Assembly (NCBI GenBank): GCA_050951325.1
Contig: JBMNIW010000012.1
Coordinates: 352,001 to 416,000 of the forward strand
Direction of reading: 5' to 3'
DNA length: 64,000 nucleotides
DNA from: Clostridia bacterium
GTDB lineage: Bacteria; Bacillota; Clostridia; UBA1212; DUPL01
Shown here: piece after piece, positions 43,210 to 53,460 of the stretch
How positions within the stretch are numbered: position 1 is the first letter of the stretch
How the letters are laid out: every line of letters begins with the position of its first letter
The notes under the pieces: model-generated
Told to the model about the DNA's origin: nothing
What the model saw: only the letters and a program-made list of their open reading frames with translations
The model's database searches: none
Position numbers and translations under genes: made by a program

Positions 43210-45364
43210 GTTCAGTCCTTCTTAATATGTCAAGCTTTACTTCGTTCGACAAAGAATTGTAGTATGCACTGAATCCCGACACCCTTACCACCAGATCAGT
43301 ATAATTCTCAGGATTCTTCATTGCATCAATAAGTATTTCTTTTGATACCGCATTTATCTGAATCTCCTGACCGCCATTCTTTAAATACACCTTTATCATG
43401 TCAAGCAGTTTCTTCCTTTTCACCGGATCCGTGAACATATTCCTTGTGTACTTCTGATTAACAACCGTTCCACAGGACACTTTGGTGTAATCCGGCTTGG
43501 TAAGGGACTTTAGAGCCAATGTAGGACCATGCACATCTCTTCCATATACGGGAGAGGCAGCATCACTAAGAGGTTCTCCATCCCTTCTTCCATCGGGAGT
43601 AGCTGCAATCTCCATACCAGCATATATATTACTAATATTTGCAGCAATGGCAATATAGAAGGCACCGCCATCATGGGTTTTGTATTTGGAGAATATCTCA
43701 TAATGCACATTTACGAACCACTTGGCGTATTTGTCTACAAAATCATCATCGTTTCCATATTTGGGAGCTGACAAAACCTTTGCCAAAACTTCTTCATATC
43801 CTTCAAAATTATTCAGTATTGCTTCTTTAAGAAGCGAAAGGTCAATCTCCCTTTTGTTGTAAACAAACATCTCAACAGCGGCCAAAGAGTCTGCAAAGGT
43901 TCCAATGCCCATGCATGCAGCACCATGGACAGACGGATACAAAGCTCCGCCATCATTTATGTCAAGACCTCTTTCAATACACGGATAGCAGAAACAGGAC
44001 AAAAACGGCTGCATGTAGTTGTATGTATTGTATCTTTCATTTTCATTCTTGAACATTCTGACATACATGGCCGCACCGTGTTCCAACTGCTTTCTCAATG
44101 CATGAAGAAAATCATCCATGGTCTTCAACTCGGAAACATCCCCCGTTGAAGGCCCAAGGCGCACGCCCGTATGCATGCACACCCCATTGTTAAGAACAAG
44201 CTCTATATACTTGGGTGAGTTGAATCTTCCATCCGACCAGGGCGGTTGTTTGCCTGGGATGAAGTTTTCTATACAGCCTACCATGCAGTAATCCCTTGCA
44301 TCTTCAAGGGAATATCCGTGCTTTAATAGTGCAGGGATATTTACATCATCGTTCATAAGAGCAGGATATCCGAGTCCTGTTCCTATGACCTTGAGACACT
44401 CATCAAGGAATTCATCGGGTATACCGCTGTATATTCTTGCAGACAGATTAGGTCCAGGGATATTGCATCTTTTTACTGCTTCAAGAATAACGTAGGAGAG
44501 TTCATTGACTCCGCCGCTCCCGTCTCTCTTTACTCCGCCTATTGCAATATTAACAACATCGTCTCCGCCGAAATATCTTACTTCCCCTATTTTATACAAA
44601 GTGCATGCAACCAGATCGATTGCTTCTTCTTTGCTTAATCTTTTTTCTACTATATCCTTAATATAGAAAGGATATAGATATTGATCCAGACGGCCGAGAG
44701 CCATTGCTCCTCTGCCTTCATAGAAAAATGCTATATATGTAAACCATACAAGCTGCAGAGCTTCCTGAAATGATGAAGGCTTCGCAAAGGATATCTTCCT
44801 GCAAACATCATGCACTTTCATAAGGCTTCTGTACTTTTCAGAATCCTCACTGAATTTCTTCGCTCTGTTCAAAGCTGCCTCTGCATATTGAAGGATCATT
44901 TGGCTAAAGGCCTTCATAGTAATTTCAGCAGATTCCAGAAAGACCATTTTCTTTTTGGAGTCCGGGTCATCCTTGTGAACAATCTTCGATTTTTCTATCT
45001 TCTCAAGAGTCCCCCCAATACCATCCGCAAGGAATGTATTGTAGTCAGGTGCATAATGATCCGCATTTGTTACAAAGGATCTTAAACCATAGCTTGCAAC
45101 AATACCTGTGCAGTGGTTCAGATAGGCCTGATCTATTTCGTCATCTATAAGGCCTCTGACTGTTCCTGCAATCAGATCATTGTCATATACATATTTTTTA
45201 TGTTTAGTAAACAGGGATGCAATCGCATAGGCCTTTGCTACAGGAACCTCACAGTCCAGGTGGTCTCTATAGCCTTCGTACATATATGCAAAGGTTACTT
45301 TTCTGGAGCTGTTGGGTTTCTTTTCTGCGATCTCCTGTTTCAGACAATCCAGTTTATTCGTCAC
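43202..45364 (-). CDS. Glycyl radical enzyme of unknown substrate (PFL2/dehydratase-like class)
   Basis: Gly loop LVVRVSGFSAY; Cys loop VGCIE; GRLDQYLYP, PKYGNDD, ATPDGR. Confidence 0.92.
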   Translation of the reverse strand: MTNKLDCLKQEIAEKKPNSSRKVTFAYMYEGYRDHLDCEVPVAKAYAIASLFTKHKKYVYDNDLIAGTVRGLIDDEIDQAYLNHCTGIVASYGLRSFVTNADHYAPDYNTFLADGIGGTLEKIEKSKIVHKDDPDSKKKMVFLESAEITMKAFSQMILQYAEAALNRAKKFSEDSEKYRSLMKVHDVCRKISFAKPSSFQEALQLVWFTYIAFFYEGRGAMALGRLDQYLYPFYIKDIVEKRLSKEEAIDLVACTLYKIGEVRYFGGDDVVNIAIGGVKRDGSGGVNELSYVILEAVKRCNIPGPNLSARIYSGIPDEFLDECLKVIGTGLGYPALMNDDVNIPALLKHGYSLEDARDYCMVGCIENFIPGKQPPWSDGRFNSPKYIELVLNNGVCMHTGVRLGPSTGDVSELKTMDDFLHALRKQLEHGAAMYVRMFKNENERYNTYNYMQPFLSCFCYPCIERGLDINDGGALYPSVHGAACMGIGTFADSLAAVEMFVYNKREIDLSLLKEAILNNFEGYEEVLAKVLSAPKYGNDDDFVDKYAKWFVNVHYEIFSKYKTHDGGAFYIAIAANISNIYAGMEIAATPDGRRDGEPLSDAASPVYGRDVHGPTLALKSLTKPDYTKVSCGTVVNQKYTRNMFTDPVKRKKLLDMIKVYLKNGGQEIQINAVSKEILIDAMKNPENYTDLVVRVSGFSAYYNSLSNEVKLDILRRTEHG

Positions 45365-45366
45365 TT

Positions 45367-46461
45367 TTATTCACCTACTAAAATGGTCTTTATATTCTTT
45401 GCAGCCTTAATATCCTCAAACGCTTCATTTACCTTACTTACCGGATATTCTGTTATCATCGAGTCAATAACAGGATGAAGTCCCGGATTTTCCTCAAGGA
45501 ATTCAAGATAGCTTATAACATCAGAAACGGAATACTGGGATGAGCCTATTATCTGAATAGCTTTAAATGTTATAAGTTCAGGATTAAACATAACACCGCC
45601 GCTTGCAGAATACTGTCCGGGTACTAAATATACGCCTCTGTTTCTGAGCATCTGTATACCCTGGGGCACTGCATGCACATTTCCGCTTGCTTCAAACACT
45701 AAATCAGCTCCGAGTCCGTCACTTATGCTTTTTATATATGCTATTACATCATCAAGTGAGTTAATATCAAGAGAAAATACTTTACTTACACCGAAGCTTC
45801 TTGCAATCTCTTCTCTTTTTTCATCCACAAATCCTGTTATTGCAATAACATGCTCAATACCCATAGCAACCAGATATCCTGCTGCAAACATACCAACAGG
45901 TCCTAATCCCTGTACTACGGCCACATTAACATTTTCCATGCTAACATTCGCACGTTTGCCTAAATTAAAAGCATGTATTGCAGTTGAACCTGCACAGGCA
46001 AATACACTTACAGTCTTAGGATCCAGACCCTTTGGTACTTTAATCAGGTTCTTTACAGGTGAATAGTTAACTTCAGCATAGCCACCCCAGAAATGAGGGC
46101 TTTCCTCAGGATCTCCGCCATTTGTAACACCCATATTGATGCAGTTTGCATCATCACTGGTTTTACAAAGCAGGCATTCACCACAGGGGCATGCAATGTT
46201 TACAATAACATTGTCGCCTGCACTAATACCATATTTATTGCTGTCTTCAGCTGATATCTCTTCTACTTTTCCAACATACTCATGTCCGATTATCTTAGGA
46301 GGGACAATCCCAAGCTTTCCTCTGTGTATGTGCATATCCGTGCCACATACTCCGCTTGCTAATATAGAAATCCTTGCATATCCCTTTGGTGGAGTCGTAA
46401 GCTCATACTCACGGATCTCAAAAGGTTCATTTACTCCTGTAAACACAGCTGCCTTTGCCAT
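45367..46461 (-). CDS. Zinc-dependent medium-chain dehydrogenase
   Basis: GVCGTDMH, GHE, structural Zn CGEC..C.......C, QGLGPVG. Confidence 0.92.
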   Translation of the reverse strand: MAKAAVFTGVNEPFEIREYELTTPPKGYARISILASGVCGTDMHIHRGKLGIVPPKIIGHEYVGKVEEISAEDSNKYGISAGDNVIVNIACPCGECLLCKTSDDANCINMGVTNGGDPEESPHFWGGYAEVNYSPVKNLIKVPKGLDPKTVSVFACAGSTAIHAFNLGKRANVSMENVNVAVVQGLGPVGMFAAGYLVAMGIEHVIAITGFVDEKREEIARSFGVSKVFSLDINSLDDVIAYIKSISDGLGADLVFEASGNVHAVPQGIQMLRNRGVYLVPGQYSASGGVMFNPELITFKAIQIIGSSQYSVSDVISYLEFLEENPGLHPVIDSMITEYPVSKVNEAFEDIKAAKNIKTILVGE

Positions 46462-46473
46462 ATTTTTTCTCCT

Positions 46474-47349
46474 TTATACTTTTATTTTATGAATCAGCTT
46501 ATATTCCTGGGTGCTGTAACCCGTGTATTTTTTAAATAAGCGGCTTAAGTAGGGCTCGTTATATAAGCCGACCTTTTCTCCTGCTTCTTTAAGTGACATA
46601 TTGTAAACCAGTATCATCTCCGCTACTCTTTTGATCCTGTAGCTGTTAATATATTCTACTACTGTTTTACCTGTAAAGATCTTGAATATCTTACACAGGT
46701 AGCCTGTTGATATACCGAGATAGGATGCAATATCATTTGTAGATATATTCTCCTTTATGTTCTCCGCAATATAACCGATGGCCTTCTTACTGTATAATGA
46801 ATATATTGGCATCGGGGTAAGGTCATACTTTAATCTTGCGATGCGTACTGATTCTGCGGTTATCATTGAAAAGAGGTTAAATAGTCCTGATATAAAGTAT
46901 GTTTTATCTGAATTTATATCTGTCTCAAATTCTTTTATAAGTTTTTTCATTGCAACGGTTATCTTTTCTACCTGCATACCGCTGGGCATTTCCGATGCAA
47001 CAATCAAAAACACTCCTGGCCGGTTATTTGCCTTACTTATTTCAATTACTTCATCCTCAGTGATCTGCTCAAGCTCATAGGGTACATTAACTGAAATAGT
47101 CGCATGACCATGTCCGGGATTATCCGAATATGCTTTAAGTGGCTTATTATGAGGTATAATATTTAATCCTCCTTCTTGGATTATATATGTATGATCCTCA
47201 TATTGAATATTCATTTTTCCTCTTTCACACAGAACAATTTCAAAGGCATTAGGTATTACACCAAAATTAAAGTTGTACCTGTCCGTTGAAAAGAAATGGG
47301 CAAATTCAATTAACGGTATATTCTTAAAAGTATATATATTAAAGTGCAT
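46474..47349 (-). CDS. AraC-family transcriptional regulator
   Basis: N-terminal cupin; C-terminal double HTH (GISTGYLCKIFK, YLSRLFKKYTG); promoter TTGATA-17-TATAAT on minus strand at 47412-47384. Confidence 0.92.
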   Translation of the reverse strand: MHFNIYTFKNIPLIEFAHFFSTDRYNFNFGVIPNAFEIVLCERGKMNIQYEDHTYIIQEGGLNIIPHNKPLKAYSDNPGHGHATISVNVPYELEQITEDEVIEISKANNRPGVFLIVASEMPSGMQVEKITVAMKKLIKEFETDINSDKTYFISGLFNLFSMITAESVRIARLKYDLTPMPIYSLYSKKAIGYIAENIKENISTNDIASYLGISTGYLCKIFKIFTGKTVVEYINSYRIKRVAEMILVYNMSLKEAGEKVGLYNEPYLSRLFKKYTGYSTQEYKLIHKIKV

Positions 47350-47489
47350 ACCTAAACGTCCCTCCTTGTTATTCTATAAGGCAATTATATCTTTTATCCC
47401 TTTTGCTATCAATGAACTATTTTAATTTATGTGCACAATTTTAATTCATTATGCCAATTTCAGTGAATAACTATACAACTTTTAAAAGC

Positions 47490-47523
47490 AAAAAAGCTAT
47501 ACACCTTTTTAGATGTATAGCTT
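47490..47523 (-). terminator. Terminator of the surface-protein operon
   Basis: AAGCTATACA/TGTATAGCTT stem with minus-strand U-tract. Confidence 0.7.
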
Positions 47524-47539
47524 CATTTTTTTTGTTCAG

Positions 47540-48556
47540 TTAAACATTGTATAATTTTTTCTTAAAAACAAGGCTCAATAAAGCTCCGGCTGTTAATAGG
47601 GCAAAAACACTGTACAAACTAGCATTATCTCCTGTTTCTGTATTCGGTTCAGTATATGCAGCATACTCGCGTAATGAAACGCTGTTAACAGCATAGTTGC
47701 TGATACGGAGTGCAATAAGGGGTACGCTGAAATCCTTGCTGAGAAGAACATTATCCACATTCCTCAGTACATTTCCTGCACTGTCTTTTACTACTACCGA
47801 TTTAAAGAACTTATTTGCACTTAAATCAGGATAAGTTGCTTCACCGGACATCTCAACTGATGCAAATTTCTGTTCATCAACAAAGAAATTTAAAACAGAT
47901 CCGTCATCGGTCATTGTGATCTTGTGATAAGCACTTCCGAAATCTACACCCTCAAGCTTTATATCGATCCTTTCATTAGCCAGTTTAGTTTCAAGGTTAT
48001 CTCTATAAACTTTAACATATATGCTAATAATGTCAGAACCCCAGCCTCCGGGTACAAGGAAAATCCCTGATGAACCCATATGTACGTTACTTGACCAGTC
48101 GGACAGATCGTGGGAGTAGAAGGCAATTACTTCTCCGTTACCTATTGTAAAGTGTTCTCCGGTAGTTCTTACAAACATCCCAAAGCACTGACCTGTACCT
48201 TTTCCTTCGATTTCAAATATGTATCTGTTAGTTAATTTGTACTTGGAAACCATCTGGGTAAAAGGACCAAAGTTTACAGCCTTTTGACCTCCGTCCATAA
48301 ATACTGTCATGTTATGAGTCGGTTCTCCGCTTCCTCTTTCCAATACCCAGTGGTCTTCGATGTTTGCCTGTCCAACAAGGCTTTCGCCGTCGGGCAGATC
48401 TTCAAAATCATCCATTAAAACATCGATACCCTTTGTTCCATTAATGAGTTCACCCCATGTTCCAAGATGAGTGTCCAGATCGCTTGCCTGTACGCTAAAA
48501 GTCATGGCTATCGATAGCATAAACACACTCACAATTGTAATTACTCGTTTACACAT
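47540..48556 (-). CDS. Secreted beta-rich surface protein with sortase-like PNTETG signal (paralog 2)
   Basis: Signal peptide (VQA); NTETGD, TM, KKK tail. Confidence 0.72.
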   Translation of the reverse strand: MCKRVITIVSVFMLSIAMTFSVQASDLDTHLGTWGELINGTKGIDVLMDDFEDLPDGESLVGQANIEDHWVLERGSGEPTHNMTVFMDGGQKAVNFGPFTQMVSKYKLTNRYIFEIEGKGTGQCFGMFVRTTGEHFTIGNGEVIAFYSHDLSDWSSNVHMGSSGIFLVPGGWGSDIISIYVKVYRDNLETKLANERIDIKLEGVDFGSAYHKITMTDDGSVLNFFVDEQKFASVEMSGEATYPDLSANKFFKSVVVKDSAGNVLRNVDNVLLSKDFSVPLIALRISNYAVNSVSLREYAAYTEPNTETGDNASLYSVFALLTAGALLSLVFKKKLYNV

Positions 48557-48590
48557 TGTTTTTCCTCCCGTTATTTAGTTATTTTCTATT

Positions 48591-51029
48591 TTACTTTTTC
48601 TTTTTTCTCCTAATTGTATCTGAGATCAATAATCCGATTGCACCGGCAAAAAGCAGTGAAGAAACCAGGATAACTATAAACATAGTAGATACCTGAAATG
48701 TGTGCTTTCCATTTGCAGGTGTGAATACAAAAGTAAATCTTCCGTCAGGTGCTGCTTCTCCGTCTGTATAGAAGGACAATATATCACCGTCACTGCAATT
48801 ATTATCCGCCCACTTAAAGTACAGATGGGGTTTGCCGCCCTCCTGACCAATGGCACTGCGCGGTACTGCTAATGTCATTACATTGTTTTTGATGTAATAT
48901 TTTGCTTTACCTGTTTCTTCCCAGTTCCAGCCTCCAGTACTTTTCACGATGGTGCTGTAACCATTTTCCGGGGAAGTTATATTCACTGCATAGTCAAAAC
49001 CTTCCCAGCTCTTATCCAGGCTCATGTTTTTCGTGCTAATGAATAAACGCATCCAGTCCGGATCTTTAGGATCAGTTAAATTATTTAAAGTCTCTACGTA
49101 GAAATATATGTAATCCTTATCATAAATCACTTTGGATACAACAACATCGTTACGAACACCTTTGTTTGTGTAGTGTGTATCTCCGTAGCCGTCTTCATCC
49201 CTGTCTTCAGCATATCCAACATAGTGGGTATATGCATAGGCTTTATTAAAAGCTTTTATGTTAGTTATATCTATTGTCTTGTATGTATATGTTATATCAG
49301 GTTTGCTTACACCTTTGTATTTTCTGATATTGGAGATCAGCTGATAATAGTAGTTATCCTTCAGATCACCTTTAGTCGGTTCAACATCCCTTGAATACTC
49401 ATCTGTAAATACGTCGGGGAAAGCATTTTCAGTATATCCCCAGTCTTCATGTCTGCTTGCCTGCCATTCATTCCATCCGGTAACAAATATGAGGTCAGGA
49501 TTTACTTCAATTGCATAATCCCATTGCTCCTGAAAGTTGATCCCATAGTATTTCGAGTTGGGATCTGTAGAGAAGCCGTTTATCATAGAAAAGCTTCTTC
49601 CATAGACATCTATACCATTCATTGCTGTACCGCCGTACAGGGCATTTGCATTCTGTGCAACTCCAACAGTGATCTGTTCAACAGTTCCGTCAGGTCTTAC
49701 ACCGTATTTGCACTGTGGATAAACGGATAACCATCCCCAGTAAGTGCTGTGGGCAGGCTTCGTTGTAAAGTATGACGGGTCACAGGGTCTGAAGGTAAAG
49801 AAATCAAGCATTTCTTTAAATAACGGATCAGACTGCTGACCCAGTATCTCGGGGTATGCCATAACAAGGGGCTTACCTTCCCAATAGAACCACAGGTCCT
49901 GGTAATTTCCACTCCTGTATATGTCAAGATAAAGGTTGTACATCATCTCAGCAGTTGCAACAAAAGGCGCAAAGTTCAGCATAAATGCTATTTTAGGAGT
50001 GTTGACACCTGCCTGCCTTGCTTCTGCAAAGGCTTCAAGCAATGTTGTATAACCACCGCGCCAGGTGTAGTTTGCGTTTGTACAGTCAAATACAATAACA
50101 TCAACACCTGCATTTGCAAGCATTTCAGCATGCTTACGGTATACATATTTATCTAAAGATGTGTAGTAACCGTATAGCGGTTCATCCCAGAAATATGCGG
50201 CTGCCTTTTGCTCATACCATATCCTGTGCTTATAGTCATTCTTAGCCTCAGGATACTGCTTCATCAGATTTGTTAAGTTGATGGGCATACCTTCTATTTC
50301 AAAGTAATCATGAGCGATCCAGTAGAACATAGCCACATATTTGTTTTTCTTGCTGCTACCTACAGCCTCATAATCCGGTAACTCTCTTCCCAGAGCATCG
50401 ATTGCATGCCATGTTTCCGGTTTTACATTACGTTGGTTGATCGGATGATCCTTCGGTAATTTTGGTTCCCTGGGATCACTGACCTTTTCCGGTTCCTTTT
50501 CTTTTGATAAAGGAGCAAGGCTAGTTGAAGGTTCACCGTCGTATGTTATCTTCATCGAGATATTTCCAAGTCCTTTATACCCATTCGTATAAGTTACTGT
50601 ATGCTCAATATGGGTCCTGGTCTGACTAACCCCTATCCTTCCTTTAACATAATATACAACTGCAAGATATTCACCTTTTTCGGCTTCAACATTAAGGTTC
50701 AGCCATCTGTTGCCTAATACATCTTTAAAATCCTCTACTGCAACCGGCGCTGAGGATACGGTCTTTGAATAGCTTTCGTCCCATTTATACAGGGCGATCC
50801 TGCAGTCCTTTGTTGCACCAAAAGTTGTTATGTACACACTTACACGGGTTAGTTTATCAGTTGCGTTGAACCTTGTTCCGGCAGATCCATTCTTCTCGAT
50901 ATTGAAGTCACTCTTATCTCCTGTTGTATTGTAGAGGTTTATTGTGCTTCCTGATTTTGAATATATGACAGAACAGGAAAGTGCAAGACCCATAATAACG
51001 AAAAGGAATATCAGATATCGTTTTCTCAT
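48591..51029 (-). CDS. Surface GH99/GH71-like glycoside hydrolase with extra N-terminal beta domain
   Basis: VAMFYWIAH, EPLYGYY, HAEMLANAGVD, FVTGWNEW, DEYSRDVEP; C-terminal TM plus RRKKKK. Confidence 0.65.
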   Translation of the reverse strand: MRKRYLIFLFVIMGLALSCSVIYSKSGSTINLYNTTGDKSDFNIEKNGSAGTRFNATDKLTRVSVYITTFGATKDCRIALYKWDESYSKTVSSAPVAVEDFKDVLGNRWLNLNVEAEKGEYLAVVYYVKGRIGVSQTRTHIEHTVTYTNGYKGLGNISMKITYDGEPSTSLAPLSKEKEPEKVSDPREPKLPKDHPINQRNVKPETWHAIDALGRELPDYEAVGSSKKNKYVAMFYWIAHDYFEIEGMPINLTNLMKQYPEAKNDYKHRIWYEQKAAAYFWDEPLYGYYTSLDKYVYRKHAEMLANAGVDVIVFDCTNANYTWRGGYTTLLEAFAEARQAGVNTPKIAFMLNFAPFVATAEMMYNLYLDIYRSGNYQDLWFYWEGKPLVMAYPEILGQQSDPLFKEMLDFFTFRPCDPSYFTTKPAHSTYWGWLSVYPQCKYGVRPDGTVEQITVGVAQNANALYGGTAMNGIDVYGRSFSMINGFSTDPNSKYYGINFQEQWDYAIEVNPDLIFVTGWNEWQASRHEDWGYTENAFPDVFTDEYSRDVEPTKGDLKDNYYYQLISNIRKYKGVSKPDITYTYKTIDITNIKAFNKAYAYTHYVGYAEDRDEDGYGDTHYTNKGVRNDVVVSKVIYDKDYIYFYVETLNNLTDPKDPDWMRLFISTKNMSLDKSWEGFDYAVNITSPENGYSTIVKSTGGWNWEETGKAKYYIKNNVMTLAVPRSAIGQEGGKPHLYFKWADNNCSDGDILSFYTDGEAAPDGRFTFVFTPANGKHTFQVSTMFIVILVSSLLFAGAIGLLISDTIRRKKKK

Positions 51030-51047
51030 TTGCTTCTCCGGTTTTTA

Positions 51048-52100
51048 TTATTTTTCTTTTGTTCTTCTTACGATTATAAATATTATTACACCTAAGGAAA
51101 CGGCTCCGACTGCTGCGAAGACAATTATCAGCGGATCAACAGAAGCTTTATCTGTATTATTAGTTCCGCTCTTTGTTGCTGTAGGATTTACCTTTGGAGT
51201 CGCAGTTTCTTCAGGAGCAGCAGTTGCCTCCGGTGTTGGTGTTGGATCCGGTTCTTCATATTCAAGGATAATGTTATCGACCTGAGTAATTGTTTCTCTG
51301 TTGCCGATTGCAATAGTGGATCCGTTAGATGATACTCTCGTATTTTCAACAGTATAAAGGACATTATCATCTTTATCCTTTACGGTTACTGTCTTGAAAT
51401 ATTCATCAGAATCGTTTGTATCAGTATCATATTTGATGCCTGTACCTGACATCTCAACTTTTGCGATCAGGGTGCTGTTTGCATAAATTTCAACTTTGCT
51501 TTCCCCGTCATCTACAAACTTCAGGTTTACAAAAGCACTTGCAGGAAACTCAAAAGGAATGTCTGTGGTCTTCTGAGTTATGGTCATTGCTTCTTCTGTG
51601 TATATTTTTGTTATTACTCTTATTACATTTGGCAATAAGGTAACTGCTATACCGCTTGCTCCGAGACCGCTTGGTCCTGAACCACCGTTTTGTGAATACC
51701 AGTCTGACTCATAAAAGGGTACTACACTATCACCGCTGAATACACCGTTATAGAACAAATTCTCAGGTCTTACCGCTCTTACAAAAATTGCGTGATTTTC
51801 GTTCAGGTCAGTCTTCTTAACATCAATGGAGAATGTATAGGGTCCTACTATAGGATTAATTAAGAAGCTATCTGAATACCCAGAATACTCCAGATACTGA
51901 TTATTTGCCTCACTGACTACTTTAATTTCACCTATCAGGCTTGATGTTTCAAACAGCTCATATAGTTCTGTATCAAGCATAGTAGTCCCTTCATTATCGC
52001 TTTCAAAGTCAAATTTCTCTTCTACTTTGATTCCAAATACATTTAAGCATAATGAAATATTAAGTAGTAGGATTACTGCTATTATCATTATTTTTTTCAC
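51048..52100 (-). CDS. Secreted beta-rich surface protein with PT-linker and C-terminal TM anchor (paralog 3)
   Basis: Signal peptide, GTG start after AGGAGG, EPDPTPTPEAT linker, TM, RRTKEK. Confidence 0.72.
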   Translation of the reverse strand: MKKIMIIAVILLLNISLCLNVFGIKVEEKFDFESDNEGTTMLDTELYELFETSSLIGEIKVVSEANNQYLEYSGYSDSFLINPIVGPYTFSIDVKKTDLNENHAIFVRAVRPENLFYNGVFSGDSVVPFYESDWYSQNGGSGPSGLGASGIAVTLLPNVIRVITKIYTEEAMTITQKTTDIPFEFPASAFVNLKFVDDGESKVEIYANSTLIAKVEMSGTGIKYDTDTNDSDEYFKTVTVKDKDDNVLYTVENTRVSSNGSTIAIGNRETITQVDNIILEYEEPDPTPTPEATAAPEETATPKVNPTATKSGTNNTDKASVDPLIIVFAAVGAVSLGVIIFIIVRRTKEK

Positions 52101-52288
52101 ACAAATAACCTCCTGTATGTTATTTAACTCGATATTATCATTGTACTTTAGTAATTAAATGCATTATTTTCACTTGCATGCACAATATTCACATGCTTTA
52201 TTAACAAACTGTTCACCAGGAACAAGGAACTAAATGAAAAATTATTGGAAGAATACCTCTAACGCCCTAAAATCAATTTATTTTATCA

Positions 52289-53044
52289 TTATTTGCTCAT
52301 ATCACTTAATGTATGATTTCCTGCTGCTCTTCCGGCAGTGGTACCTATGAGTTTCATGGCAGCGTTGTTATAATGGCCTACAGCTTCAGGATTGATCCAT
52401 TTTTCATCCAGTGAAAGTTCACGGGTTATATCGGTCAGGACTATAAAGTCAGGATCAATGTCAGGAAGATTCAGCTGTGCATTCATTATTACTTCATCAT
52501 ATTCTCTGCCCACATTATGTATGGCAAAATATCCGACGCAGATTATCATAAATTTATCTATCCCTATATCACGCTTCAGATTGTTTTTCAAACTTATCAT
52601 ACCTTCAATGTATGACACGCCGTCTGTTTTTGCCCAGGCATCACTTTCGCCCTGGAGCCATATGAAATACTTTCTGTCAACGTTACCGGCTTTTTTCATT
52701 GCAGCACGTATCTTTTCCAGCATCTTTCCGTAACGTCTTGCTCCGTCCGGATTATTGTCAAGCCACTGAGCAAGTATTGTTGCTCCTTTGGCTGTATGAA
52801 CAGCTAAGACTTCATTCCCGCAAATTTTTATATATTCATCACAGAAATACGGAACGAGTGATCCTCTGTTCAGATGGGATCTCAGTAACATATCCTCTAT
52901 ATCTTCTCCGACAGGGTTCTTAAGTTCTACAAGTTCATCTGTTAGCAGCCTGTATTCAACTGCTTTTTTTACTGCTTCATCACAAGGAACAGCTTCTGTC
53001 TGTCCCTGCATATTGCTTTGACCACTGAATATAAGTAAATCCAT
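52289..53044 (-). CDS. SGNH carbohydrate O-acetylesterase (SASA/CE6-like)
   Basis: FSGQSNMQG, WLQGESDA, C-terminal GHY; no signal peptide. Confidence 0.82.
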   Translation of the reverse strand: MDLLIFSGQSNMQGQTEAVPCDEAVKKAVEYRLLTDELVELKNPVGEDIEDMLLRSHLNRGSLVPYFCDEYIKICGNEVLAVHTAKGATILAQWLDNNPDGARRYGKMLEKIRAAMKKAGNVDRKYFIWLQGESDAWAKTDGVSYIEGMISLKNNLKRDIGIDKFMIICVGYFAIHNVGREYDEVIMNAQLNLPDIDPDFIVLTDITRELSLDEKWINPEAVGHYNNAAMKLIGTTAGRAAGNHTLSDMSK

Positions 53045-53460
53045 AACCTTAACTCCTTTTTATATATAAAATAGCGATGTGATTATATCAAGGCAGACAG
53101 GGTTGTCAATTGTCGATCTTAATTCATTTTACGGTTTTAATTTTCTACTTATATATATTGGCACCGCATATCCGATCTTCTCCAGATGCAAAATTAAACC
53201 ACCAAATGAGAAAAATTAAAAAGTGCTTTTTCAAGTTCGCCAGATTCATATGTATATATGCGTCTGTATATAAGCGCCTTTATAAAGAAAAAACCACCCA
53301 AAGGTGGCCTTGTAGTCGGCGATATTACATGTCGCTCAGGCAGGTGAAGCAAATGATAAAGAGAGGCAAGAAACAATTACATTCTTATATTGACTTTTTG
53401 CACAAAAGAAGCACATATAAGAAAAGGGCCGCACATTGGAACAATGCACCGCCCCTTTTC

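Noticed and set aside
43202-45364. Annotation as pyruvate formate-lyase (pflB)
   Set aside because: Lacks the adjacent Cys-Cys pair, and the activase has a ferredoxin insert unlike PflA
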